DNA of 64,000 nt from the IMG/VR virus record IMGVR_UViG_3300032007_000008; one strand, 5' to 3'. A program made the translations under genes and the position numbers. Of the stretch, positions 9,341 to 18,619 are shown piece after piece; the stretch's first letter is position 1, and each line of letters starts with the position of its first letter. Under the pieces are notes generated by a model. The model had not been told where the DNA came from and searched no databases. It saw nothing but the letters and a program-made list of their open reading frames with translations. The DNA is from a virus (lineage: Duplodnaviria > Heunggongvirae > Uroviricota > Caudoviricetes).

Positions 9341-11215
9341 TTATCCAGGAAGCTTTGCGCTCTTGTATCCTATAGAGCGTCCGCTGCCAGATGTCTGTGA
9401 AGCTCTCGCGTTCGTCGGCAGGTTTATCTTGCCGGATGTTGATGTCGTAGCTTCGTTATACCATATCGTAGAGAGAAGGGTATTCGAATCGGACGGAAGA
9501 ATCTTGGACATATAAGACTCAGACGGAACGTCCACTCCATCAACTGTCGGATTGGATGGGGGGTTATACCCACGGAAGAAGAAATAGCTCTTCTTGTCGT
9601 TTCCGCTCCCCTCTGGACACAGAAGGGTTATGTGATATCCTCCAAGATTTCTGTCATTCATGCCATATGCCGCAAGATATTGTTCGAGAAACTTTGGATT
9701 GTCCTTCTTCTGTCTTTTCGCAACCTCTTCCATTCTCCATTTTTCTATATCTGGATTGTATGGAAATCCGAAGCATACTCCGCTTATCTTTCTGCACGTG
9801 AATTTCTTCGGTGCTGTGCCATTTAGGACTCCGCTGTACCTTTCATCCGAGAAGAACGGAGTAAAGTCAAGCTCCTTTATGTCACTTTCAACGTTGTCTA
9901 TTACAATAAATTCCCTCGTAAACCCTATCGTTCTCTGATTTACAACCTCCTGCGACAGAACTATCTCCTTCTGGCGGCCTTTCGTCAGGAACGTAACCAC
10001 CCTTCTGCTCGACTGCTGCTTTGCGGCAAGCATGGAAAGGAAGAACTGCTCGTTCCAATAGTCTCCTAGAACATTGCCGGTCTCCTTGTCGGTAAGTCCT
10101 GAAATTGCCTCGTCAACCTCTCCGTCGATGGATTCCGAAATCTCGCCATTGTTGTAGGCGGTATAAATCGCAAGGTCTTTTTCGCAATCGCCAGCCCTTG
10201 GATTGTTAAGCGGAACCCACACATATGTCTTGGACGGGTCTGAACACATCATTCGTCCTATGACAAATTCTTCGAGAAATTCGTCAGGCTGTACGGAACC
10301 GGCCTTCAGCAGCTCTATGAACTTCTGCACATCTATGCGTCCATCGTCCATGACACAATCATATTTTGCGAAATAGTCCGTGAACTTTCCGTAGTTCGGA
10401 TTTCTTCCGTTTTTGGGAACTCCTATGTTCTCGACGCTCACACGATTGTTCTGAACTATGTTCCTTACGTTCTCGATAAAACGTATGCATCCTATCGTGC
10501 CTGTTATTCCGCACTGCCACGCAACATCGTTTGCAGTCATTCTTACTAGCTTGCAGACTTCTCTGTTCTTTTTGCGGTTTGGTGCCTGCAATATGCTTCC
10601 ATGATAATCTGGATTTATGACTAGGTTTCCATCTTCTCCGATGTCATACACCTGCTTAGACACGAGATTCTTCGCCACATTTGCGTAGTTCTGTGCGACA
10701 TCGCTGAGTGGATTGCCGTAGCTGTTTCCCTCTCGCCTGTCGGTTATGGCTATTTTTGGATGGAAAATAACATCTTCGGTGGTTATGATGTCTGAAAACT
10801 TCTCCCTTTGCTTGGCGACGGCAGAATCCAAGCTTACTGAATTCTTCTCGTAAGTATCTCTGGAAAAACCCCTTTCGAAACCACTTGCAGCGGCAAGTCC
10901 ATCCCACAAAGACGCTCCGACGATATGTGAAAACGGATAAGGAAGTGCATCCCCCCAATCAGGCATTGGAGATTTTTCATCCTTCAATGCGCTCTTAACC
11001 TTGACGTTGACGTGGAAGAACTGAGGAAGAACGTCGTACTTTTCCAGCCTAAACGGAATGGCCTCTCCGGTGTCGATTTCCGCCTCTGACACATTTTCCG
11101 TATTATCTGAAACCTGCTGTTTGGAACTGTTTTTCTCAAATGCACTTTCGCATATTCGCCTTATGCTGCGAATAGGATTGCATCTGTAAATAGTATCTTC
11201 CTTTTTAGTTGCCAT
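9341..11215 (-). CDS. Hypothetical late protein (624 aa)
   Basis: Long ORF with CTAAATAG directly upstream; N-terminal ICES and VSEA candidate protease sites; no family recognised. Confidence 0.7.
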   Translation of the reverse strand: MATKKEDTIYRCNPIRSIRRICESAFEKNSSKQQVSDNTENVSEAEIDTGEAIPFRLEKYDVLPQFFHVNVKVKSALKDEKSPMPDWGDALPYPFSHIVGASLWDGLAAASGFERGFSRDTYEKNSVSLDSAVAKQREKFSDIITTEDVIFHPKIAITDRREGNSYGNPLSDVAQNYANVAKNLVSKQVYDIGEDGNLVINPDYHGSILQAPNRKKNREVCKLVRMTANDVAWQCGITGTIGCIRFIENVRNIVQNNRVSVENIGVPKNGRNPNYGKFTDYFAKYDCVMDDGRIDVQKFIELLKAGSVQPDEFLEEFVIGRMMCSDPSKTYVWVPLNNPRAGDCEKDLAIYTAYNNGEISESIDGEVDEAISGLTDKETGNVLGDYWNEQFFLSMLAAKQQSSRRVVTFLTKGRQKEIVLSQEVVNQRTIGFTREFIVIDNVESDIKELDFTPFFSDERYSGVLNGTAPKKFTCRKISGVCFGFPYNPDIEKWRMEEVAKRQKKDNPKFLEQYLAAYGMNDRNLGGYHITLLCPEGSGNDKKSYFFFRGYNPPSNPTVDGVDVPSESYMSKILPSDSNTLLSTIWYNEATTSTSGKINLPTNARASQTSGSGRSIGYKSAKLPG

Positions 11216-11251
11216 CGTCTGCGTCGAATATTTGATGACACTATTTAGGGT

Positions 11252-11581
11252 TTAATCGAGAAGCTTGTATTTAAACAAAAAATACAGAAATACGGACATT
11301 AAAACGGAAACAAATGACAATATGACAAAATCGAGAGACCCTATTGCAAATTTCACAAATCTTCCCACGCTTATCGACATCTTGTCGGACAAGAGAAGCT
11401 CGTTTTCTGTTTCGTCAGATATCAGTGCATCCATTACGCTGTCACTCCCCCTCGTCATAGATGGAGGAAAAACGCGAGATATGATTCCGTACACCATATG
11501 AATCATCCACACGCACATATTGTACAGTATGCCTGAAAAAACGTTCAGTTTTTTCGGATTGTACTCGATTTTCCTTGTCAT
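11252..11581 (-). CDS. Small membrane protein (two hydrophobic segments)
   Basis: ILYNMCVWMIHMVYGII and FAIGSLDFVILSFVSVLMSVFLYFLF; GGAG and a late promoter variant upstream. Confidence 0.6.
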   Translation of the reverse strand: MTRKIEYNPKKLNVFSGILYNMCVWMIHMVYGIISRVFPPSMTRGSDSVMDALISDETENELLLSDKMSISVGRFVKFAIGSLDFVILSFVSVLMSVFLYFLFKYKLLD

Positions 11582-11666
11582 GTCCGTGTATCATCTCCAA
11601 CCCCTCGCAATTCCACCGAAGGCGAAGTATAAGTGTTTTTGTGGATATTATTTAGGGTTTTTTGCT

Positions 11667-12305
11667 CTATCGCTGTAGATATTCAAATCCACAGAAATCG
11701 GAATATTTCCCAGTTTTCGCCACAAAGCATGGGATATCCATGAATTCTTCATGAGACATAAGTTCTTCCATCCTCTTGTCTGCGCACATGAATACGCCGG
11801 ATATCTTATGCTCTGTCATGAATCTCTTCAGCATTGAACAATACTCAGGACCGGAAGTCTTTGGTTCATACTTGAGAAGCAGCCTTTGCATGAAGTCATA
11901 GTCTTCACCCGATGGCCACACTATTCTGCTGCTATATCCGTTCAATATCTCTTCAAGCTGCTCGTAATGGAGAAAATCTAGGCAAAGCCACAAAGCGTTC
12001 TCAGTATAGGAGTTAAATGCAGAATCGTCAAAGCATCTGTCTATAAACCTGTCCATCACCGAGTAAATTGACATTTCTTCTCCCAAAAGAGAATCTGAAA
12101 ATTCCATCAGTCCGACGGCCACCACAGAATCTGGCGCGTTTGCGTACATCCCAACCGTTCTGTCGAATTCTCTTGACACCACATAATGATTTGGCGTCGT
12201 AAACTTTATCTTCCACAGCTTCGATTTTTCATCCTGCTCTATCAATATTATATCTTCATTTCCATATCTATAGAACGAATTGTTTCTCTCTATATTTTTA
12301 GCCAT
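11667..12305 (-). CDS. Hypothetical protein (212 aa)
   Basis: ORF in operon context with GAAGGA upstream. Confidence 0.65.
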   Translation of the reverse strand: MAKNIERNNSFYRYGNEDIILIEQDEKSKLWKIKFTTPNHYVVSREFDRTVGMYANAPDSVVAVGLMEFSDSLLGEEMSIYSVMDRFIDRCFDDSAFNSYTENALWLCLDFLHYEQLEEILNGYSSRIVWPSGEDYDFMQRLLLKYEPKTSGPEYCSMLKRFMTEHKISGVFMCADKRMEELMSHEEFMDIPCFVAKTGKYSDFCGFEYLQR

Positions 12306-12330
12306 GTTGTTTTTCCTTCGGTTTGTTTAG

Positions 12331-13023
12331 TTATACAATTTTCAGCATGTGGCTGGAATACCACAGCTTGTGCTCCTTGTTCCACTTGTCTTTAATTAAT
12401 TCCATGAATTCGACATAATCCATTCCTTCGGCATCTTTCTGCGACAGATTTTTGGATATTGTCAGTTCTTCAATAGATGATTTTATAAAAGACAGCTCTT
12501 TTCTCGTGACATCGTTGTTTATGAGCTTGAAGAACGATGCAGGATTTACGCTGAACTCAACATCCTTGGAATACGTGCAGTCGCATTTGTACATTATCAC
12601 GCATTTATCTTCCACCGAGCAAAAGCCGTGAAGAAAGCCCCTTGGAACCCAAAGTTGCTTGTGGTTCTTGCCATCAAGGGAAAAAATGGAAAAATGATTA
12701 AACGAGGCAGAATCTGGACGAGCGTCTATTATGATGTCTACAATTCTTCCCTCAACGCACTCTATGAGTTTTCCCTGAGTCTTTGGCGCAGCTTGAGCAT
12801 GAAGACCCCTGAACACAAACCTAGATGAGGACGACATGTTTATCTGCTTGCACCAACTCATGTTCTCAAACCCATAACCAAGAGTTCCATCTTTGTAATT
12901 CTCGAAGAAATATCCCCTTTCGTCCCCGTGTATATCAGGCTCTGCGACGAACGGAATGTCACGCACAGGACGCGGACTTCCATTGGAATAGAAACTATAC
13001 TTCTTTATTTTCTGTATTTTCAT
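12331..13023 (-). CDS. rmlC: dTDP-4-dehydrorhamnose 3,5-epimerase
   Basis: GDERGYFFE, QINMSSS, FRGLHAQ, QGKLIECVEGRIVDIIIDARPDS, QLWVPRGFLHGF and YKCD are RmlC motifs. Confidence 0.93.
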   Translation of the reverse strand: MKIQKIKKYSFYSNGSPRPVRDIPFVAEPDIHGDERGYFFENYKDGTLGYGFENMSWCKQINMSSSSRFVFRGLHAQAAPKTQGKLIECVEGRIVDIIIDARPDSASFNHFSIFSLDGKNHKQLWVPRGFLHGFCSVEDKCVIMYKCDCTYSKDVEFSVNPASFFKLINNDVTRKELSFIKSSIEELTISKNLSQKDAEGMDYVEFMELIKDKWNKEHKLWYSSHMLKIV

Positions 13024-13071
13024 TGTGACTCTATTTTAATGCAAACTCATCAAGACGCATATCAAAACAGG

Positions 13072-13536
13072 TCAGAAAATCCGCACGACATGTGGCATAA
13101 GCTCAAACCTCTTGTCCGTGCTGTCAACCAACGATAGAACCGCATCCGATTCCGAAAACGCAAGAAGGTGACGGAAAAAGTCGTCATATCTCAAAACCTC
13201 GCCCTTGTCCATATCGTTAAGCCAATTGACAAGACTGTCGTGAACAAAGTCACCCTGCCACATGTCAATCAAACGAGAGGCCATGCACGAATCAAGCTTT
13301 GCGTATATCTCGTTGTTAAGATAATAATCGAAAACGTCGTTGCGCTCGATGTCTTCACAGGCATCATCCGCATCGAACACAAACATGAAGTCAACGCCGA
13401 ACCTCTTGTCCTTGTCATCCCTTACGGTAGACTCGTTGATTCTGCGGTCGATGTCTTCGGTGATTGATATTCCATAGGATTCAAGCATCATCCTATCGAC
13501 TTCAATCTCGTCTGGCAATACGTCTTCGGTCATCAT
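13072..13536 (-). CDS. Acidic hypothetical protein
   Basis: Start moved to ATG 13536, just after the upstream stop. Contains MLES, ITED and INES candidate gp21 sites. Confidence 0.6.
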   Translation of the reverse strand: MMTEDVLPDEIEVDRMMLESYGISITEDIDRRINESTVRDDKDKRFGVDFMFVFDADDACEDIERNDVFDYYLNNEIYAKLDSCMASRLIDMWQGDFVHDSLVNWLNDMDKGEVLRYDDFFRHLLAFSESDAVLSLVDSTDKRFELMPHVVRIF

Positions 13537-13540
13537 CTCA

Positions 13541-14314
13541 TTATTTAGTTGACGGTTCGAGATTTTCCGAAGGTTCAAGATTTACCTCGGACTCTGCCGT
13601 CGATTTTCTGATTGCATCCACTATATCTATCTGACTCCACGCCACACCTTCTGAATTGCCGTTTTCTGGCGTGACATCTATGGCCTTGGCTTTCTCCTCG
13701 GCCTGCTTCATTTCCGATTTTCTTTGAGCTTCCTTCAGCCTAAGTTCGGATTTGAAATATTCAAGTTCAAGCCTATGCTTTTGTTTCAACCTCTCGGAAT
13801 CCATCGCAAGCCTGTATTGGTGTTCAAGCTTCATCTTCTCGGTGTTGTAGTTTATTATGTCGGCTATTCCGATTCGTATTCCCTCTATTATGTTTGCGGT
13901 TGACGATACGACATCCGGGTCTATGAGGTCTGTGGACTTTATGGCATCGACAAGCTGCAACATTATGTCCTCGCCGGTATGGATTAGGCTGGTCATGGCA
14001 TCCAGAGACTGCTTGAATGTCGTTATGGCGGTTATTGCATTTTTCTTGGTGTCGTCGTTTGAGGTGAGGGGGTTGCTGTCCGCTTTGATGGCGGCATCCA
14101 ATTCGCCAGTGGCGTCCTCGACATCCTGTTTCTTTTCCGCTATGGATTTGCTGAACGCCTCAAACTCTTTTCTTGAGTTAGCGAGCATCTCCTCTACGGA
14201 TTTGACCTCATATGCCGAAAATAGGGAATCCCTATCGGTTATCCCAAGCTTTTCGTTAAGCTGCTTCAACGCCTCGTTGGTCGTGAGCATCTTTCCTTGC
14301 TCGTCAGTTTGCAT
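13541..14314 (-). CDS. Coiled-coil protein, possible terminase small subunit (gp16-like)
   Basis: LIHTGEDIMLQL..DPDVVSSTANII helical core, then a coiled coil, then C-terminal AWSQIDIVDAIRK, echoing the gp16 xGSxxELxKxL tail. Confidence 0.4.
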   Translation of the reverse strand: MQTDEQGKMLTTNEALKQLNEKLGITDRDSLFSAYEVKSVEEMLANSRKEFEAFSKSIAEKKQDVEDATGELDAAIKADSNPLTSNDDTKKNAITAITTFKQSLDAMTSLIHTGEDIMLQLVDAIKSTDLIDPDVVSSTANIIEGIRIGIADIINYNTEKMKLEHQYRLAMDSERLKQKHRLELEYFKSELRLKEAQRKSEMKQAEEKAKAIDVTPENGNSEGVAWSQIDIVDAIRKSTAESEVNLEPSENLEPSTK

Positions 14315-15047
14315 CGCTCTCTACCGTCTCTTCGTCCTTTTTCTCGGTAGGATTCAATATTCGTCCTATCGCTATCGACAGCTCGTTGATTACCATGTCG
14401 GCATAATCCTTAGAAGCTTTAAACAGTGCAATCTGCGACTTCTTTTCGTTCGGAGCCGCGAACCTCAATGAAGACGACGCTACTATGTTTATTCGATTCT
14501 CCTTAAACTCGTCCTTTGTCTTTGGAAACTCGAACACGTCTGGAAGCTTTTTGTCCAGGTCTCGCTTCATGAGCCTAAGAAGTTCGTTCTGAATCTTCTC
14601 GGAGAGAACCGCCATATACCACTGCTTGAAGTATTCTTGGTTCTTCTGCATCTTTTCGCCGTCAGGCAGTATGGAGAATACATCGAACACGTTCCATACG
14701 TAATAAAATGGATAGTCCTTGTAGTATATGAAATGCTCTTCTTTGTCGTCTTTATTGTGAATCTTCTTTATTATTGGAGACTTTATGTCCACGTCAACTG
14801 ACAATCCTCGCGGCAATTCATGGGTTTCGTAATTCACCTTCCACTGCTGAGAAAAAACCTCCCTCGACACATCGCTCGCAATCCTTCCGACGGCCTTGAG
14901 AATTTCTGTGGAGATTTCGCGGTATTCAGCCCCTCGCTCTATCCTGTCCATCCATTTTAAGACATCCCTGTTCTGAAACGTCCAATCCTTCGCGGTTGGA
15001 TTTATCGTTTCCATTGTCTCGCTATCTATCAGCTTCTCTTCTTCCAT
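14304..15047 (-). CDS. Hypothetical protein (247 aa)
   Basis: Clean ORF overlapping the next gene by 11 nt. Confidence 0.65.
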   Translation of the reverse strand: MEEEKLIDSETMETINPTAKDWTFQNRDVLKWMDRIERGAEYREISTEILKAVGRIASDVSREVFSQQWKVNYETHELPRGLSVDVDIKSPIIKKIHNKDDKEEHFIYYKDYPFYYVWNVFDVFSILPDGEKMQKNQEYFKQWYMAVLSEKIQNELLRLMKRDLDKKLPDVFEFPKTKDEFKENRINIVASSSLRFAAPNEKKSQIALFKASKDYADMVINELSIAIGRILNPTEKKDEETVESDAN

Positions 15048-15067
15048 ATGTAAATTATATCCTTCTC

Positions 15068-15712
15068 TTAATTTTGCTTCGGCAGAAATACCGGATACAC
15101 GGTTGCGTATTTTGAATGTCGCTCGGTAAATGGCCGTCTATAGACATAGTTTTCCGAAATGGCATATTGGTAGAAATCGCCGTCGTTCATGTCACACACT
15201 AGCATGCTTTTCACCGATTCGCATCTCTCCACGACATAATCGAAAATCCGTTCGGCAAGATAATCCAACGTGTAGCTGCTTGTTCCATAGAAGAATACGG
15301 CGACAGATTTTTCGCAAAACGTCTCTTCGGACGAGCGATTTCTGAATACAGCCGAAAACATACTTCCGTCGAACGTCAGAGAAAACGTGTCGAAAACATC
15401 GTCACTTGACTGATATTCTCTTTTGAGTTTTTTCACTTCCGCATTGATGGCATCAGAAACGAGCAAATCAAAGGCGGTATCCATTATGGACGGAAAAACA
15501 ATTACACCACCCCTCCACCTACCTTGTAATTCGTTCGAAAAACGTATGTTTTTTATATTGTCCTTGCAAGTCTTGACAAAATCTTCATCGCATCCGTTTG
15601 ACTGCGCAACGGTGTAATATCCGTAAGGGTGGAGAAGATGGAACCTGTCGGATTTGAATGTTCTTATGTTACTGTCAGAAAATATTCCCAAATGTAGACT
15701 CTTTCCAAACAC
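15068..15712 (-). CDS. Hypothetical protein, possible distant SAM-lyase-like fold
   Basis: WRGGVIVF..EKSVAVFFYG..LDYLAERI..SMLVCDMN; sigma70-type promoter directly upstream; GTG start uncertain. Confidence 0.55.
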   Translation of the reverse strand: MFGKSLHLGIFSDSNIRTFKSDRFHLLHPYGYYTVAQSNGCDEDFVKTCKDNIKNIRFSNELQGRWRGGVIVFPSIMDTAFDLLVSDAINAEVKKLKREYQSSDDVFDTFSLTFDGSMFSAVFRNRSSEETFCEKSVAVFFYGTSSYTLDYLAERIFDYVVERCESVKSMLVCDMNDGDFYQYAISENYVYRRPFTERHSKYATVYPVFLPKQN

Positions 15713-15717
15713 CGTTG

Positions 15718-15746
15718 ATTATATCATATTTGCAGAATTTTCGCAA
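15718..15746 (-). promoter_or_regulatory. sigma70-type promoter TTGCGA-17-TATAAT with extended -10 TG
   Basis: Exact 17-bp spacing read from the sequence. Confidence 0.7.
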
Positions 15747-15749
15747 CAC

Positions 15750-15784
15750 AAAAATAAGAAGGCTGTCAGAATCTTCTGACAGCC
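15750..15784 (-). terminator. Rho-independent terminator after the major capsid gene
   Basis: Stem GGCTGTCAGA/TCTGACAGCC followed by TTCTTATTTTT on the minus strand. Confidence 0.8.
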
Positions 15785-15813
15785 CCTTGACAAAACTCCT
15801 TTCGGAGCTTTTC

Positions 15814-17280
15814 TTACTTGAACATCGTGAACTTCTTCGTCTCGTTGATGCCGGGAACGTCACCGTTGAGGCCCTCAAGCGCGAGGAAGTAGTAGTAGTT
15901 CTCCGAACCCCAAACGTTGTCAAGTACGCCATAACGGGTACGAGCACCGAGGATTGGGCTGAAGGTACGTGGGTCAACAGCCTTGAGCATCTGCACAGGG
16001 ATGTAAGGGCAGAAGATGATACCAGTATCACCCTTCTGAGAACCCTTGTATCCAAGGAGCAGGTAGTCACCCTCTGCGAACGTGTCGCGAATGAGGAGCT
16101 GGTTGCCGTTGTTAATCATTCCAACCTTGAGGAGCGAACCAACGCCAGTGTTTGGCACACTAGGAATCTTTCCATTCTCGTTGGCCTGGAAAGGCGTGGT
16201 CTGGAAACGCTGGATAAGCGAAGTAGCCTTTGTGGAGGCAATCGCAAAGTTGGCCGAACCCCTACGTGTGTTCTGCGCGATTATGTTGGAGTAGTAATTG
16301 ATGTCCGTAATCAGCGTACCGAGACGGGACAGCTGGTCGTATCCATCAGCCGAAGCAGGCGTCCATGTAGCAATCTTGTCGCCGTTGATTGCAGCAAGAA
16401 TCTGCGAAGAGAGAATCTGACGGTCGATTTCAGCTGCGAGTTCGTAGCCGATTCCGCTCATCATCTCTTCCGAGATGTCGATTCCCTGCATTGCATTCGC
16501 ATCTTCCTGCACGTCAAGCGACCAGTGAGCCGCGAGCTTGCGGGTCTTTGCAACAACTTCCTTGTGGAGGAGGTTGAACTTGACCTGAGGATAGATAGGA
16601 GCATCAGTTCCGACACCTGCCCACTCGCCGTCCATCGTGTCAACGCCGGTTCCGTAGAGGTTAGCGTTCGTTCCGGCATACGCCTTCCACGCATTGGCCT
16701 TGGCATCGGCGCCAGAAGGAGCAACACCGGCCTTACCCGTGAAGTTCGCATACATGTTATTGTATCCGAGTTCGTATGGGTCGCCAGAGATACCCTTTCC
16801 GCTTACAGACGATGGGTTGAAGCTTCCATCAATCTGACCCTTCTTTCCGTACATCGCACGATAAGCAAACGCAAATCCGACAGGACCCGTCATAGGCTGT
16901 ACGGACACCGTGTCGTGAGCCATCAGCTCAGGGAAGATACGGCGAACCATTGGAATAATGAGCGTAGGAAGAACGTTGTTCTGTACGCCATTGGCAACAG
17001 CTCCAGCGCCAGTGTATCCGGAGTTCGTTCCGAGTACGCCTGAACCTGCTGCTGGGGTGTTAAGACCCTGAATACCTGCCACTCCGACGTTCATCGCGTC
17101 AGTGCGGTCGAAAGCCTCGTTTACCGAAGCAAGCGTTGGCTTGCCCAGTGCGTTGCGTTCCGTGTTCTCAAGCACAACCGCAGTATCAAGGCGCATGTCC
17201 TCGTCTTCGATGTGCTTCGTCGCTTCGAGGACCGGAGTCCACTTCGTAAGCAACTGTTCTGCTAGTTCTGGTTTTATCAT
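15814..17280 (-). CDS. g23: Major capsid protein (T4 gp23-like)
   Basis: KWTPVLE, AVVLENTE, IPMVRRIFPELMA, VQPMTGPVGFAFA, AKTRKLAAHWSLDVQED, AAEIDRQI, FCPYIP and RTRYG motifs. Confidence 0.97.
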   Translation of the reverse strand: MIKPELAEQLLTKWTPVLEATKHIEDEDMRLDTAVVLENTERNALGKPTLASVNEAFDRTDAMNVGVAGIQGLNTPAAGSGVLGTNSGYTGAGAVANGVQNNVLPTLIIPMVRRIFPELMAHDTVSVQPMTGPVGFAFAYRAMYGKKGQIDGSFNPSSVSGKGISGDPYELGYNNMYANFTGKAGVAPSGADAKANAWKAYAGTNANLYGTGVDTMDGEWAGVGTDAPIYPQVKFNLLHKEVVAKTRKLAAHWSLDVQEDANAMQGIDISEEMMSGIGYELAAEIDRQILSSQILAAINGDKIATWTPASADGYDQLSRLGTLITDINYYSNIIAQNTRRGSANFAIASTKATSLIQRFQTTPFQANENGKIPSVPNTGVGSLLKVGMINNGNQLLIRDTFAEGDYLLLGYKGSQKGDTGIIFCPYIPVQMLKAVDPRTFSPILGARTRYGVLDNVWGSENYYYFLALEGLNGDVPGINETKKFTMFK

Positions 17281-17330
17281 AGTTGTGTTTTCCTATTTGT
17301 TAGAAATCATTTTTGGTGGTTTCTGATTTT

Positions 17331-17338
17331 CTATTTAG
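17331..17338 (-). promoter_or_regulatory. T4-late-like promoter CTAAATAG upstream of the capsid gene
   Basis: One of ~17 copies, all intergenic, oriented with the downstream gene, and resembling T4 TATAAATA. Confidence 0.8.
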
Positions 17339-17368
17339 TCAAATCAAGTTTTTATCATTTTTCTATAC

Positions 17369-18400
17369 TTAGAAACGCATGTATTTGCACCCTGCAACAT
17401 ACCCGTCCATAAGTGTAGGAGTCTTCTGTGCAGCACTCTGCGTACTTTCGTTTACAGCAGTCTTGTTCGATGCAGCCGTTTTTTCAGAAGCCTCTTTAGC
17501 AAGTGTCTTCACAACAGTCGATTCGGAAATAACGTCGTTTACAACAGGTGTCGTATGACCGCGCTTGCGAAGCATCTTCTGATACTCCTTGTCGAAACAT
17601 TCGTTAATCTGTGCGACAGATGCTCCCTTGAAGGATTCGAGCATTTCCTTCTGCTCGGAAACTGGAAGGGAAGATACTTTGCGAAGAAGATAATTTTCAG
17701 CACGGACAGACTCAAGCATCTGCTCGGCTGCAATTCTCTTCTTTGTCTGTGTCTGCAATCCGTCCTTGGCTTCGTCAAGTTCTTTCTGAACTGCCTCCTG
17801 AGCAGCCTGACGAGCCTCGCAAACGGTTTCATCATTTACGGCGAACGTGTGCTGCATGGACTCGAAAAGCTCCTCAAGCTTGTTCAAACGGTCGTAGTTC
17901 ACAATCATCTTTTGTGGGAAGGATTCGTTAATCTTCTTTTCCACGAACTCGGATACGGCCTTCTTTGTCGATTCCTTGAAATATTCCTTTGTCTCGGCAT
18001 GCGTCGCAAGTTCGACAAGCTTGGATGATATGTCGAATTCCTTGCAAAGTTCCTCAAGCTTTTCTATAAGCTGTTCCGAAACTTCGTTCTCATGTTCGTC
18101 ACGCTCCTTGAAAGCCTCCTCTTTTCCTGCCTGGAATGCCGTCTCCTCAACACTCTTTATCGTGCTTTCACACATTTCCTTCGCGGAATCCGCGCCGTGC
18201 TTGAAAGACTTAACCTTTTCCTTGCGAAGCTTTTCCTCAGCAGCCTTTGTGCATTCCTCAAGAGCTTCTGCCTTGTATTTGTTGAATGCATCTTCAAGTT
18301 TCTTGTGTACGTCTTCGGTCAAAACGTTCTTTTCATCCTCCGTAAGAGAACCGACGTTTACCGATTCAATAAGCTGCTTTACATCTTCTTTTGTGAACAT
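17369..18400 (-). CDS. g22: Prohead core/scaffold protein (gp22-like)
   Basis: Lies immediately upstream of gp23; acidic coiled coil with many xxE(S/T) sites; ends LMDGYVAGCKYMRF, like the gp22 MxxY tail. Confidence 0.85.
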   Translation of the reverse strand: MFTKEDVKQLIESVNVGSLTEDEKNVLTEDVHKKLEDAFNKYKAEALEECTKAAEEKLRKEKVKSFKHGADSAKEMCESTIKSVEETAFQAGKEEAFKERDEHENEVSEQLIEKLEELCKEFDISSKLVELATHAETKEYFKESTKKAVSEFVEKKINESFPQKMIVNYDRLNKLEELFESMQHTFAVNDETVCEARQAAQEAVQKELDEAKDGLQTQTKKRIAAEQMLESVRAENYLLRKVSSLPVSEQKEMLESFKGASVAQINECFDKEYQKMLRKRGHTTPVVNDVISESTVVKTLAKEASEKTAASNKTAVNESTQSAAQKTPTLMDGYVAGCKYMRF

Positions 18401-18426
18401 TGTGATACTATCAAATAAGGATGCTT

Positions 18427-18434
18427 CTATTTAG
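18427..18434 (-). promoter_or_regulatory. Late promoter CTAAATAG for the scaffold gene
   Basis: Exact motif about 27 nt upstream of the ATG. Confidence 0.8.
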
Positions 18435-18485
18435 TCTCCTGAAAAATAAATTTTTATATTGACATAGAAACAGACTCGCATCCGC

Positions 18486-18493
18486 CTAAATAG
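18486..18493 (+). promoter_or_regulatory. Late promoter CTAAATAG on the plus strand with no ORF downstream
   Basis: Exact motif, divergent from the gp22 promoter. Confidence 0.6.
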
Positions 18494-18591
18494 AATCAGT
18501 TGCGAAAGAGATGTAAGCTGCTTTTCTGGGCACGTTCGCTTTCCGAAATTTGTTAGAAATAGAAAAGGCTTGGGGTTTCCCAAGCCTTTTT
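18494..18591 (+). ncRNA. Candidate ~95-nt late small RNA
   Basis: Bounded by the late promoter and a terminator ending in TTTTT; possible internal hairpins; no coding capacity. Confidence 0.35.
18563..18591. terminator. Bidirectional terminator
   Basis: AAAAGGCTTGGG-GTTT-CCCAAGCCTTTTT. Confidence 0.85.
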
Positions 18592-18619
18592 GATTCTTAG
18601 CATTATTCTATGCGGTTAA

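Noticed and set aside
15658-17043. 461-aa plus-strand ORF antisense to the major capsid gene
   Set aside because: It is in the same codon register as gp23, so it stays open because the capsid gene avoids TTA, CTA and TCA. It has no promoter, RBS or recognisable motif.
18497-18520. c-di-GMP riboswitch or ATG-TAA minigene (18511-18516) in the candidate sRNA
   Set aside because: Only a GAAA-containing loop matches and the other conserved riboswitch elements are absent. A start-stop hexamer is expected by chance.
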